Shown here one piece after another: positions 51,335-62,028 of a stretch of 64,000 bases of DNA. This stretch comes from Syntrophales bacterium. GTDB lineage: Bacteria > Desulfobacterota > Syntrophia > Syntrophales > UBA2210. The position numbers were made by a program, and so were the translations under genes. Where the stretch lies: contig DAISYQ010000001.1 of NCBI GenBank assembly GCA_036825195.1, forward strand, positions 179,629-243,628, written 5' to 3'. Numbering within the stretch: position 1 is the first letter of the stretch; the number at the start of each line of letters is the position of its first letter. The notes below the pieces were generated by a model. That model searched no databases and was not told the DNA's origin. It saw only the letters and a list, made by a program, of their open reading frames with translations.

Positions 51335-52096
51335 TTAAATTACCTTGGCTTCTTCCCTCAGCAGCTTGACCAGCTCAGCGGCCTTCACAGCCGGATCATC
51401 ACCTTCAATGATCTTTCCAGGAGCTCTTTCCGGAGGGGGAGTCATTTTGACAATTTTTGCCTTCGGCTCAACGGATATACCGAGGGCCGCCGCATCCTTG
51501 ACATCAACCGGTTTTTTCTTCGCCTTCATAATACCGGGGAGTGAAGCATACCGTGGCTCATTTAATCCCTTCTGCGCCGTAATAACACACGGCATCGCGC
51601 TCTCTATGACGAGCTGTGCACCCTCTATGGGTTTAACAGCCTTCACCTTGCCATCCGCCACTTCAAGCCCCGTTACGATGGTGACCTGCGGCATATCGAG
51701 AAGTTCGGCAAGGGCGGAACCTACCTGACCGGAATCGTCATCAATCGCCCTCTGTCCGCAGAAAATAATATCCGGGGTAACATCCTTTATGACGGCTGCA
51801 AGAGCGGCGGCTGTATTATATGCATCCGCCCCGTCGATAGTAATATGGACACCCTTATCGGCACCCATAGCAAGGGCGGTCCTGATCGACTCCATCGTCC
51901 GTGCGGGACCAAGGGATACAATCGTTACTTCACCGCCGTTTGCTTCTTTCAGCTTCAGGGCCTCTTCCACGCCAAATTCATCGTAGGGATTCATTACCCA
52001 CTTAATGCCGCCCTCATCAATACCGGAGCCATCGGGTTTTACCTTAATCAACGCCTCGGTATCAGGAACTTGTTTTACACATGCAACTATGTTCAC
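51335..52096 (-). CDS. etfB: Electron transfer flavoprotein beta subunit (second copy)
   Basis: (GTG)NIVACVKQVPDTEA... 253 aa. SD GGAAGGAGG. Confidence 0.93.
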   Translation of the reverse strand: MNIVACVKQVPDTEALIKVKPDGSGIDEGGIKWVMNPYDEFGVEEALKLKEANGGEVTIVSLGPARTMESIRTALAMGADKGVHITIDGADAYNTAAALAAVIKDVTPDIIFCGQRAIDDDSGQVGSALAELLDMPQVTIVTGLEVADGKVKAVKPIEGAQLVIESAMPCVITAQKGLNEPRYASLPGIMKAKKKPVDVKDAAALGISVEPKAKIVKMTPPPERAPGKIIEGDDPAVKAAELVKLLREEAKVI

Positions 52097-52208
52097 AATA
52101 ACCTCCTTCCGCGGATGGATACGGGGCGTTTTACGCGCCCCCTTCCATCGCCTTTAAATTATTAAATTTCTAGGTCCAACATTGAACCACGTCTTCGTAA
52201 TCTGTGAC

Positions 52209-54179
52209 CTACACTCTGTTCTTTACGATATCGTCCACGACAGAGGGATCGGCCAGTGTCGATGTATCTCCCAAATCGTCGATATCGTCGGCCGCAACCT
52301 TCTTCAAAATCCTGCGCATGATCTTTCCGCTTCTCGTCTTGGGAAGACCGTCGGCCCACTGTATCTTCTCGGGAGTCGCAATCGGGCCGATCTCCTTACG
52401 AACATGGGCGACCAGTTCCTTCATCAGTTCAGGGGTTTTCTCCACGCCGGTATTCAGAGTGACATAGGCGTAGATCGACTGTCCCTTCAACTCATGGGGA
52501 TACCCGACGACGGCAGCCTCGGCAACCGACGGATGTTTGACGAGGGCGGACTCTACTTCCGCCGTTCCCATCCTGTGCCCGGAGACGTTGATAACGTCAT
52601 CGATACGGCCGGTAATCTGATAATACCCATCCTCATCTCTTCTCGCACCGTCACCGGCCACATAGTACCCGGGGAACTGCTCGAAGTAGGTCTCTTTGAA
52701 TCTATTGGGATCACCATAGACTCCTCTCGTGATCCCCGGCCAGGGTTTCTTCATGCAGAGGGCGCCAGATGCAACCGTCGCCGTGAGTTCCTTGCCCTCA
52801 TCGTCCAGGAGGACAGGCCATACACCCATGAAGGGAACGGTCGCCATACCCGGTTTGATGTCGATGGCTCCGGGGAGCGGAGTGATCAGAATACCACCCG
52901 TTTCTGACTGCCACCAGGTATCAACGATCGGGCACTCGCCACGTCCAATGAGATTGTAGTACCAGTTCCACGCCTCGGGGTTAATCGGTTCACCTACCGT
53001 TCCGAGGATTCTCAGCGAGGAAATGTCCACTCCCTTCAACCATTCGTTTCCTTCTTTGGCGATGGCGCGGATGGCGGTCGGTGCCGTATAGAAGATATTA
53101 ACCTTGTATTTTTCAATGATCTGCCAAAAGCGACTGTTATTCGGGTAACTAGGAACCCCTTCAAATTGGATCGATGTGGCGCCGTTGCACAACGGGCCGT
53201 AGACGATATAGCTGTGTCCCGTGACCCATCCGATATCGGCGCTACTCCAGTAGACATCACCCTCATGGTAATCGAAGACCATCTTGTGTGTATATGCTAC
53301 AAAAACAAGATATCCCGCTGTTGTGTGCACCACACCCTTCGGGGTCCCGGTGGAACCCGATGTATAGAGGATAAAGAGCGGATCTTCCGCGTCCATCCAC
53401 TCTGGCTCGCAATTGGCATCTACCTTAGCCATCTCGTCATGCCACCAGAGATCTTTTCCTTCCGACCAGTCACACTTAATCTTGTCACCGACACGCGCCA
53501 CAACGATAGACTTCTCGATGGAAGGACACTTCTCCACCGCGGCGTCAGCATTGACTTTTTGAGGAACCGCCTTAGCGCCGCGGAATGTTCCGTCACAGGT
53601 CACGAGAAGTTTAGCCTGACTGTCCTGTATCCTGTCCTTCAGGGCGTCAGAGGAAAATCCGCCGAAGACGATGCTGTGGACTGCACCGATACGCGTGCAC
53701 GCCAACATGGAGATGACCAGTTCGGGGATCATGGGCAGATAGATAACGACCCTGTCGCCCTTCTTGATACCGTGGGCCTTGAGCACATTGGCGAACTTAC
53801 AGACTTCTTCATGCAACATCTTGTAGGTGTAGCCCTTCTCTTCCCCCGGTTCGTTTCCCTCCCACTGAATGGCGACTTGATCACCCCGTTTTTCAAGATG
53901 ACGGTCGAGGCAGTTATAGGAAACATTGAGTTTGGCACCCTCAAAGTACTTGATAAAGATGGGGCCCTTGCGGATATCGAAATTGTACTCCTCAACCTTG
54001 TCCCACTTTTTGAACCAGGTCACGTATTCATCCGCTATCTCGCTCCAGAAACCGGCCGGATCCTCAATGGACTGCTTATAGAGTTTCTCATACCCTTCTT
54101 TGCCCTTGATATGGGCCTTCTCTTTTATCCACTCTGGGACAGGATATACCGCCTTCAATTCTACCTTTTCTTCCGCCAT
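52209..54179 (-). CDS. acs: Acetyl-CoA synthetase (AMP-forming)
   Basis: 656 aa. FWSEIADE.., [25 protein letters not shown], and [25 protein letters not shown] are classical Acs motifs. Confidence 0.95.
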   Translation of the reverse strand: MAEEKVELKAVYPVPEWIKEKAHIKGKEGYEKLYKQSIEDPAGFWSEIADEYVTWFKKWDKVEEYNFDIRKGPIFIKYFEGAKLNVSYNCLDRHLEKRGDQVAIQWEGNEPGEEKGYTYKMLHEEVCKFANVLKAHGIKKGDRVVIYLPMIPELVISMLACTRIGAVHSIVFGGFSSDALKDRIQDSQAKLLVTCDGTFRGAKAVPQKVNADAAVEKCPSIEKSIVVARVGDKIKCDWSEGKDLWWHDEMAKVDANCEPEWMDAEDPLFILYTSGSTGTPKGVVHTTAGYLVFVAYTHKMVFDYHEGDVYWSSADIGWVTGHSYIVYGPLCNGATSIQFEGVPSYPNNSRFWQIIEKYKVNIFYTAPTAIRAIAKEGNEWLKGVDISSLRILGTVGEPINPEAWNWYYNLIGRGECPIVDTWWQSETGGILITPLPGAIDIKPGMATVPFMGVWPVLLDDEGKELTATVASGALCMKKPWPGITRGVYGDPNRFKETYFEQFPGYYVAGDGARRDEDGYYQITGRIDDVINVSGHRMGTAEVESALVKHPSVAEAAVVGYPHELKGQSIYAYVTLNTGVEKTPELMKELVAHVRKEIGPIATPEKIQWADGLPKTRSGKIMRRILKKVAADDIDDLGDTSTLADPSVVDDIVKNRV

Positions 54180-54754
54180 CTTTTCACTACCTCCATTCTG
54201 TGTTTTTCTATAAAAAACGCGTGGTTAAGGATTTCCTCCCACTGTTTTATCCGTAGGAACACTACGACCCCCCTCAGAGAGCAAACCAAGGTCAGAATAT
54301 GACTAAAGGTCATAATTAACTGAGTGAGGTAATCAAAAAACAGAATATATGTCAAGGAAAAAAACATCCAAAAGTCCAATAGAGTCGAAACATAAGTCAC
54401 AGTGAATTGCTACTGTGTATAGGGCCCTGTGCTCGACATCCATCGCATTCACATTGCAAGGATATACACCTATTCCGTCATCCAAGCAATAATCCTGAAA
54501 GACAAAACAGTCACCACCGTGAAAAGTGGCAGAAATATTAAAAAATATCTTGACATTAAAACTCTTGCGGTGTTACAGGTTCAATTATAATATGTTATTG
54601 TTCGCTCCGCGGGGGGAGAGGGGTATGCATGGTGTACACCTCGAATATGGAGCAAAAGGAGGTGATAAAGGGGGAAAACAATCAGCGATATTTGAGTCTG
54701 ATGATTCTAAGTCAACAAACTCAGGGTTTAAGAAAAAAACATTCAGGAGGAAGA

Positions 54755-56017
54755 ATGATGAAGAAGCTATTGATTATACTCTTCACACTGGGCATAGTAT
54801 TTTCATTTTCAATACCCGCGATGGCTACAGATGTATCGGTGGAAGGTTCCTATCGCATAAGAGGGTGGTCGGATACCAACTCTCCCTTAGTTGAAGAATC
54901 CACATCGAGCTCATATTATGATCAGAGACTTCGAGTCAACGTTACCTTCCAGGTTTTGGAAGGACTGAAAGTTATTACCAGATGCGACATCATGGACGGT
55001 GTTATGGGTGAGCCCGCCATGACGGATCCCTCAGAAGACGATAATATTGAATTCGACAAGGCCTATGTCGAGTTCATGACCGGTGTCGGCAGAGTGAGAG
55101 CGGGTATCTTCTCCGACAATGTCTGGGGTACCGGTTTTGGCGACTATGAGATATTCGTGGCGAAGATTGATTTTCTGACTAAGTTGGGTGATTTGTACAT
55201 ATATTTCAACACATTAAAATCGTACGAGGGCGACCAAGGACATGCCCTTGCCGATCGTGACGATGACGCATATACAGCCGCTCTCATATATAAGAGCGAG
55301 GGAATAGACACCGGTTTTCTCTACAAATACCTCAGATATGCCCATGACCCGGTGGGATATGGGTCCTCTTTGGGATTGAAAGCTGACGTACATGTTCTCA
55401 CACCCTATGTAAAGCTGACCAGGGGCGACCTTTATGTGGAAGGAGAGATCGGCTGGGTGGCTGATGGTGAATTAGACATGAGCCCTCTCGGGATGCGCAA
55501 TATGGACTTAGAGGGCTTCAGGGCATATCTGATGGCAAAGTACACCATCGGTCCCACATATGTTGGCGCTTTTGCCTCCTGGGTCCAGGGTGATGACCCC
55601 GAAACCAACGACAAGGTAGAAAATATGTTGGATTCAGGCGTTGACTGGGATCCCTGTTTGATCCTCTTCAACGACACGTGTCCGACCTCACTGGGTCACG
55701 TTGCCGGTGCCACTACGGGAACCTTTATGGATAATGGATGGCTCTATCAGTTCTTCGTGGGCGCGAGCCCCGTGGACAAACTCTCCGTAAAGGGTTCTGT
55801 ATCCCATGCCTTTGCGGATGAGAAACCGAGAAATTTTGTAGACGATGTATACGGCACAGAATTCGACGTGGAGGCCGCATACAAAATCTTTGATAATCTC
55901 ACCTATTCAGCGGGCTTCGGTTATCTCGCCGCAGGCGACTTCTACAAGGGAACAGATAAAAACAACAAGATCGACGATACCTACCTCTTCATGAACAAAC
56001 TGGAAGTGAGCTTCTAA
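54755..56017 (+). CDS. Predicted outer-membrane beta-barrel (porin-like) protein
   Basis: Signal peptide MMKKLLIILFTLGIVFSFSIPAMA. Alternating amphipathic strands rich in Y/G/D. C-terminal ...LEVSF (terminal Phe). SD AGGAGG precedes ATG 54755/54758. Confidence 0.65.
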   Translation: MMKKLLIILFTLGIVFSFSIPAMATDVSVEGSYRIRGWSDTNSPLVEESTSSSYYDQRLRVNVTFQVLEGLKVITRCDIMDGVMGEPAMTDPSEDDNIEFDKAYVEFMTGVGRVRAGIFSDNVWGTGFGDYEIFVAKIDFLTKLGDLYIYFNTLKSYEGDQGHALADRDDDAYTAALIYKSEGIDTGFLYKYLRYAHDPVGYGSSLGLKADVHVLTPYVKLTRGDLYVEGEIGWVADGELDMSPLGMRNMDLEGFRAYLMAKYTIGPTYVGAFASWVQGDDPETNDKVENMLDSGVDWDPCLILFNDTCPTSLGHVAGATTGTFMDNGWLYQFFVGASPVDKLSVKGSVSHAFADEKPRNFVDDVYGTEFDVEAAYKIFDNLTYSAGFGYLAAGDFYKGTDKNNKIDDTYLFMNKLEVSF

Positions 56018-56042
56018 AGCCCTTGTGTAAAAACCGTTCTGC

Positions 56043-56081
56043 AAAGGTCCCGGGAAAGCTGGTTTTCCCGGGACCTTTTTT
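56043..56081 (+). terminator. Rho-independent terminator after the porin-like gene
   Basis: AAAGGTCCCGGGAAA-loop-TTTCCCGGGACCTTT is a perfect 15-bp stem followed by a T-run. Confidence 0.85.
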
Positions 56082-56167
56082 CATGGACAGAGCAGGCATG
56101 TATCGAGATCGCCCCTATCTTCTATTCTCGCTTTGTGATAGAATCCTCTTAAAAAAGGAGACGAACC

Positions 56168-57802
56168 ATACACAAGATTCATGGTAATATCGTAGGTCTG
56201 AAGGCAAGTGATATACGGGACATCGAGCGATTTTATAAAAGGAAAATCCCTCCGAGACAAATAATAACCCCCGAACTGGCACGAATCCTTGCCGGTCTGT
56301 CTCGCCGTATTAATCGACAGATAGGGATTCTCGTCAACCGCCGGGGGGAAATCCTGTTCGTAATCGTCGGCGATCACCGGCAGATCTTTATCCCAAGCCT
56401 TGAGGGTTTAAGGTCGTCTGCTACTCGTCTGGCGGGTCTGCGCCTTATCCACACCCATCTCGGTGGTGAGACACTAACGGAGGATGACCTGACCGACCTC
56501 GCCCTTCTGCGATTTGACCTGATTTCAGCCATCGATGTCGAAGAAAACGGCCTGCCGGGCAAAATGCACGCGGCGCACCTGATCCCCGAAAATCCCGGGG
56601 GTACATTCTGGCTCCTGATGGATCCTGCCTATGCCTTCGAAACGAATCTGAATTTTCTTGATTTTATACAGGCCCTGGATGAACAGTTCGCACGAAGGCA
56701 GCGGGTCAGAAAAGTGGACTCCACGGAGCGGGCCATCCTGGTTCGCGTCGAGACGGATCCTCTGTTCGACAGCGAGGCATCCATGGAAGAATTGAAGGAG
56801 CTGGCACGATCCGCCGGCGTTGAGGTCTTTGACACCATCATACAGCACCGGCACACCTATGATCCAAAGTATCTCATGGGCAAGGGAAAGCTCTCGGATA
56901 TAGTTATAAAAGCGCTCCAGATCGGTTCCAATCTCCTGATCTTTGACCATGAACTCTCCCCTGCCCAAGTGCGCTCCATTACCGATTTCACCGAACTGAA
57001 GGTGATTGATCGGGCTCAGTTGATCCTCGACATTTTTGCCCATCGTGCCCACAGCCGTGAGGGGAAAGTCCAAGTCGAACTCGCCCAGATGCAGTACCTT
57101 CTTCCTCGGCTTGCGACAAAGAACACCGCCATGTCCCGTCTCACCGGAGGCATTGGAGGTACCGGCCCGGGAGAGACAAAACTCGAAATCAACCGGCGCA
57201 GGGCAAGGGATAGAATCGGTCGTCTGAAAAAGGAATTAAAGGAGATACAGAAAGGAAGATTCCAACGGCGAAGGCTCAGACAGAAGAGAACCCTTCCCAT
57301 TATCTCGATCATCGGCTATACCAACACGGGGAAATCGACACTCCTCAACGCGCTTACACAGAGCAGCGTCCTGACCGAGAATCTTCTCTTCGCTACACTG
57401 GATCCGAAGAGCTCTCGACTCCGGTTTCCCCGCGACAGGGAGGCCATTATCACTGACACGGTGGGATTTATACGAAATCTTCCGAAAGAGCTTGCTTCCG
57501 CCTTCCGTGCATCGCTGGAAGAACTGGATGAAGCAGATCTGCTGCTCCACGTCATAGATGTGAGCAATCCGGACTTTGAGGAGCAGATACTCGCGGTGGA
57601 AAACATTCTGGAAGAACTCGACCTGCAAACAAAAAAGAGCATACGGGTATTCAACAAAGTGGATATCTTCCCCGACAGGGATATGCTGGATAACCTGTGT
57701 CGCAGATTTGACGCTCTGCCCATCTCTGCCCTGAACCCCGATACCTTCCCTCCGCTGCTCGCGAAGATGGAGAAGGAGCTGTCATCCCTCATGGTCGATT
57801 AA
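56168..57802 (+). CDS. hflX: GTPase HflX (long form with N-terminal extension); start codon uncertain
   Basis: G-domain motifs: G1 GYTNTGKST, G3 DTVGF, G4 NKVD. HflX N-domain (RAILVRV..., VQVELAQMQYLLPRL). The frame is open from 56153 and encodes a conserved-looking extension (IHGNIVGLKASDIRDIERFY...LRLIHTHLGGETLTEDDLTDLALLRFDL) upstream of the first ATG at 56564. Confidence 0.8.
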   Translation: MHKIHGNIVGLKASDIRDIERFYKRKIPPRQIITPELARILAGLSRRINRQIGILVNRRGEILFVIVGDHRQIFIPSLEGLRSSATRLAGLRLIHTHLGGETLTEDDLTDLALLRFDLISAIDVEENGLPGKMHAAHLIPENPGGTFWLLMDPAYAFETNLNFLDFIQALDEQFARRQRVRKVDSTERAILVRVETDPLFDSEASMEELKELARSAGVEVFDTIIQHRHTYDPKYLMGKGKLSDIVIKALQIGSNLLIFDHELSPAQVRSITDFTELKVIDRAQLILDIFAHRAHSREGKVQVELAQMQYLLPRLATKNTAMSRLTGGIGGTGPGETKLEINRRRARDRIGRLKKELKEIQKGRFQRRRLRQKRTLPIISIIGYTNTGKSTLLNALTQSSVLTENLLFATLDPKSSRLRFPRDREAIITDTVGFIRNLPKELASAFRASLEELDEADLLLHVIDVSNPDFEEQILAVENILEELDLQTKKSIRVFNKVDIFPDRDMLDNLCRRFDALPISALNPDTFPPLLAKMEKELSSLMVD

Positions 57803-59658
57803 TCCTGTGACCCTCCCTTGTGGGCTTGAAAATATTCGGCTATCCTGTTAGCCGCATCTTTGCCTATGCCCGGGACCGCTGCGAGTTTTTCACGAGACGC
57901 ATTCGCGATGGCATCCATTTCCAAAAAGTGTGAAAGCAATGCGTTTTTTCTGGCCGTGCCGATTCCGGGAATGTCGTCCAGAACGGACTTGAAATCCCTC
58001 TTTTTCTTAACCGAACGGTGGTAGGTTACCGCAAAACGATGTGCTTCATCTCTTATTCGCTGAAGGAGCAACAACGCACGGGGATGTTTTGTCAGGTAAA
58101 GGGGATTTTTCCTGTTCTGCAGATACACCCGGTCCCTGTCTTTGGAAACCCGGGGGAATCCTTTTCCTTGGAACATGTGCGCTTCCTTCGCGAGACCGAT
58201 AATATCCACCTCTTCCAATCCCAGTCCCCTAAGGACGGAAAGAGCGACGCCAAGCTGCCCTTTACCGCCGTCTACAACAATGAGATCGGGGAGGTCCGTC
58301 TTTGTTCCGTACCGTCTCTCAAGCACTTCGCGCATCATTCCGTAGTCGTCTGCATCTTCTTTTGTCCGTATTTTGAACCGCCGGTAGCGGGATCGTTCCG
58401 GTACACCCTCGCAGAAAGAAACCATGGAACCGACAGCGTACTTTCCACCGATATTGGATATGTCAAAGCATTCTATTCGGTGCGGCATCCGCTTCAGGAG
58501 GAGTTTTTGCGCAAGATCCTCCAGCACCCGTTTAATATCCACCTCCAGTTTTTCCTCCGCTCGAAACGCACTCTTGGCATTGGACAGCGCCATGGCAAGA
58601 AGCGCTTTTTTGTCCCCCCTCAGAGGAACGACTAGAGAAACCTTCCTCCCTCTTTTTTCAGCGAGCCACTGTTCGATGATCCGCTCATCTTCCATCCGTT
58701 CGGAAATGATAATCTCCTCGGGAATTGTCTGATCTGTATGGTAATACTGCGCCAGGAGAGACGACAGGGCATCGGGCGATTCCATCCTCGCTGTTATGAG
58801 AGGAAACCTCCTCTGGCCGATAATGGCCCCCTTTCGTATATAAATGGCGTATACTTGGATTCTGTCCCCTTCCCTGTAGAGGCCGAAAACATCCCGATCC
58901 TTGAAGACCGTGGAAACGATCCGCTGTCTTTCCAGCGTTGCCTCAATCGCGTTGATTTTATCTCTGATCCGCGCCGCCTCCTCAAAGTCCAGTTCCTGAG
59001 AGGCTCTGTCCATCCGCAACCGGAGCTGCCGGACAAGCTTCTCACCGCGACCCTCCATAAACAGAATCGCATCCGCTACAAGCTCCCGGTATTGCGTATC
59101 TGAAATCCGGTCACAGCAGGGGGCGAGACACCGCTGTATCTGGAACTCCATGCAGGGTCTCGTCCTCGTCTTGAATTCCAGATCCTTGCATGTCCTGAGG
59201 GGAAATATGCGATGCAGGTAATAAAAGGTCTCCTTCACCGAAGAGCTTGATGAATAGGGTCCGAAATATCGTGCTCCGTCATTTTTTAACCGCCTCACCA
59301 ACCGAAAGCGGGGGAAAGCTTCTCGGGTATCGATCCGTATGCTGTAAAAATTCTTGTCATCTCTCAGATTGATATTGTACCGGGGCCGGTATTTTTTTAT
59401 CAGGTTATTTTCAAGGATCAGCGCCTCTTTTTCCGTATGGGTGACAAAAAATTCGATGTCCCGTATTCTGGAAACCAGAAAGGGGATCATCCTTCGTGTA
59501 TCCGTTCCCCCGAAGTATGAACGGACACGGGAGTGGAGATTCTTTGCCTTTCCGACGTAGATGACCCGGTTATCCCTGTCCTTCATGAGATACACACCCG
59601 GATGGCCGGGGGCATTGCGTACCTTTTCTTTCAGGAGATCATCCTCTGTCATTCCCAC
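57799..59658 (-). CDS. uvrC: Excinuclease ABC subunit C
   Basis: GIY-YIG ([22 protein letters not shown]), a UVR domain, and a C-terminal (HhH)2. 619 aa. Confidence 0.95.
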   Translation of the reverse strand: MGMTEDDLLKEKVRNAPGHPGVYLMKDRDNRVIYVGKAKNLHSRVRSYFGGTDTRRMIPFLVSRIRDIEFFVTHTEKEALILENNLIKKYRPRYNINLRDDKNFYSIRIDTREAFPRFRLVRRLKNDGARYFGPYSSSSSVKETFYYLHRIFPLRTCKDLEFKTRTRPCMEFQIQRCLAPCCDRISDTQYRELVADAILFMEGRGEKLVRQLRLRMDRASQELDFEEAARIRDKINAIEATLERQRIVSTVFKDRDVFGLYREGDRIQVYAIYIRKGAIIGQRRFPLITARMESPDALSSLLAQYYHTDQTIPEEIIISERMEDERIIEQWLAEKRGRKVSLVVPLRGDKKALLAMALSNAKSAFRAEEKLEVDIKRVLEDLAQKLLLKRMPHRIECFDISNIGGKYAVGSMVSFCEGVPERSRYRRFKIRTKEDADDYGMMREVLERRYGTKTDLPDLIVVDGGKGQLGVALSVLRGLGLEEVDIIGLAKEAHMFQGKGFPRVSKDRDRVYLQNRKNPLYLTKHPRALLLLQRIRDEAHRFAVTYHRSVKKKRDFKSVLDDIPGIGTARKNALLSHFLEMDAIANASREKLAAVPGIGKDAANRIAEYFQAHKGGSQD

Positions 59659-61712
59659 AATCCGATCTCTGCCTCCATACGCGACAGTTCCTTAATCTCA
59701 TCTCTGATTCGTGCCGCCCTTTCAAATTCGAGCTTTTTGGCGGCTCGTTTCATCTCTCCCTCGAGCTTTTTGATCATGGCGGGAATATCACCGGATACAT
59801 ACGCCTCCACCTTCTCCTCCACGCTGACGGTAATATAATCCGCTTCATAAATGGAACTCAAAAGATCGCTTATCTCCTTCTTGACAGATTCCGGCGTGAT
59901 ATGGTGTTCCTCATTAAACTTCTGTTGTATCTGCCTTCTTCTTCTCGTCTCGTCAAGACAGGACTGAATGGCCTTTGTAATCCTGTCCGCATACATGATG
60001 ACCTGGCCCTTGACGTTTCTTGCCGTCCTCCCGCTCGTCTGTATAAGCGAGCGCTCGGAACGAAGGAATCCCTCCTTGTCGGCGTCAAGGATTGCCACGA
60101 GAGATACTTCGGGGATATCGAGCCCCTCTCTGAGGAGATTTATTCCAATAAGGGTGTCATACTTTCCCATCCGAAGGTCCCGTATGATCGCAACCCGTTC
60201 GAGCGTGTCGATATCGGAGTGAAGGTACGCCACTTTCATCCCGAGATCATGATAGTGCTCCGTGAGATTTTCCGCCATCCTCTTTGTCAGCGTGGTCACC
60301 AGTACGCGATCCCCCTGCTTGACCCGTTTGTTGATTTCTCCGAATAGATCGTCCACCTGATTGGCAACCGGTCTGATCATTATTTCCGGGTCCATAAGTC
60401 CGGTAGGGCGAATGATCTGTTCCGCAACGACGCCGGCGGCCTTCTTCAGCTCATACTCCGCCGGGGTGGCCGATATATAGAGTCTCTGGTTCGGAAAGGT
60501 CTCATATTCCTTAAAGGTAAGGGGCCGGTTATCGAGGGCGGAGGGCAGACGGAATCCATACTCTACGAGGGTTTCCTTCCGCGATCGATCCCCCCGGTAC
60601 ATGGCGTTTATCTGTGGAATCGTGGCATGACTCTCATCAATGATTACGAGGGCATCCTTGGGAAGGTATTCCATCAGCGTGGGTGGCGGCTCCCCCGTCA
60701 TACGTCCCGTGAGATGACGGGAATAATTTTCAATTCCCTGGCAGTACCCCATCTCCTCCATCATCTCCAGGTCGAACAGCGTTCTCTGTTCAAGGCGCTG
60801 TGCCTCCAAGAGTTTGTCCCGCGATCTCAGGCTGTCAAGACGCAATGCCAACTCCTCACGTATGGCGGCAAGGGCTCTCGTCATGGTGTCTCGTGTCGTC
60901 ACATAGTGGCTTGACGGATATATGGAAGTACTGCTGAGTCTGCTCAAGGCTTTTCCCCGGAGGGGGTCCACAAGGGATATGGATTCAATGACATCACCGA
61001 AAAAATCCACCCGTATCGCCTGCTCCTCTTCATAGGCAGGAAAAATTTCCACCACGTCTCCACGGACGCGAAAAGTGCCTCGATGAAAATCTATATCATT
61101 GCGCTCATACTGAATCTCCACCAGTTTCCTCAGCAGTTGATCTCTTTCGATCTCCATATCCTTTTCAAGAGATATCTGCATATCGGCATATTTATCCGGA
61201 GCGCCTATTCCATAGATGCATGATACACTGGCCACAACAATCACGTCTCTCCTCTCCAACAGCGAGCGGGTGGCGGAATGGCGCATCTTGTCTATCCGGT
61301 CGTTTATGGAGGAATCTTTCTCAATATATGTGTCGGTGCTGGGCACATAGGCTTCCGGCTGGTAGTAGTCATAGTAACTGACAAAATATTCAACGGCATT
61401 CTGAGGAAAGAGCACTTTGAATTCATTGTAGAGTTGCGCCGCCAGGGTCTTGTTATGGGCGATGACAAGAGAGGGTTTCTGTGTCGCCTCAATAACATTC
61501 GCGATGGTAAAGGTCTTGCCGGAACCGGTAACTCCGAGAAGCACCTGGTGCTCCAATCCTTTTTCAATACCACGTACCAGATCTGCTATTGCTCGCGGCT
61601 GATCTCCCTGTGGTGTAAAATCGGTTATTATCTTAAGAGGTTCCACTCCATACTCCCCGGATGTATAAGCGTTCTTGCGTGCCCTCGCCGTGCGGGCCAA
61701 AATGATGCCCAT
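59649..61712 (-). CDS. uvrB: Excinuclease ABC subunit B
   Basis: [11 protein letters not shown], Walker A GVTGSGKT, helicase motifs, and a C-terminal UVR domain ([12 protein letters not shown]). An alternative GTG start at 61646 ([10 protein letters not shown]...) fits the family N-terminus better. Confidence 0.95.
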   Translation of the reverse strand: MGIILARTARARKNAYTSGEYGVEPLKIITDFTPQGDQPRAIADLVRGIEKGLEHQVLLGVTGSGKTFTIANVIEATQKPSLVIAHNKTLAAQLYNEFKVLFPQNAVEYFVSYYDYYQPEAYVPSTDTYIEKDSSINDRIDKMRHSATRSLLERRDVIVVASVSCIYGIGAPDKYADMQISLEKDMEIERDQLLRKLVEIQYERNDIDFHRGTFRVRGDVVEIFPAYEEEQAIRVDFFGDVIESISLVDPLRGKALSRLSSTSIYPSSHYVTTRDTMTRALAAIREELALRLDSLRSRDKLLEAQRLEQRTLFDLEMMEEMGYCQGIENYSRHLTGRMTGEPPPTLMEYLPKDALVIIDESHATIPQINAMYRGDRSRKETLVEYGFRLPSALDNRPLTFKEYETFPNQRLYISATPAEYELKKAAGVVAEQIIRPTGLMDPEIMIRPVANQVDDLFGEINKRVKQGDRVLVTTLTKRMAENLTEHYHDLGMKVAYLHSDIDTLERVAIIRDLRMGKYDTLIGINLLREGLDIPEVSLVAILDADKEGFLRSERSLIQTSGRTARNVKGQVIMYADRITKAIQSCLDETRRRRQIQQKFNEEHHITPESVKKEISDLLSSIYEADYITVSVEEKVEAYVSGDIPAMIKKLEGEMKRAAKKLEFERAARIRDEIKELSRMEAEIGLWE

Positions 61713-62028
61713 ATGATCGTTGTACAGGAAACCCTCTCACTAAGTTACCCTTTTTGTCAATATATTGATGGATTCCTTACCAATAACGAAACGGTTCATT
61801 ACATGGGCACCAGGCTCGGGCCAGGTTTCTGCCGGTTTCTATTACGAACGAAGAGGTGACAAACAATGCGGTGCCTTTGATATGTTGACTTTTTTTCACG
61901 GGAACGATAATCTATAAAATAGGTAACGGATTTGATTGCCCTATCTTCTCTTTTCCCGGCCATTCGTGGGAGAATATGAGGTGTGGCAACCCTGAATCGA
62001 TCCTATTTACGAAAGTTTATTAAAACCA

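Noticed and set aside
53166-54302. 378-aa ORF on the plus strand
   Set aside because: It is antisense to acs and has no motifs. The acs identity on the other strand is unambiguous.
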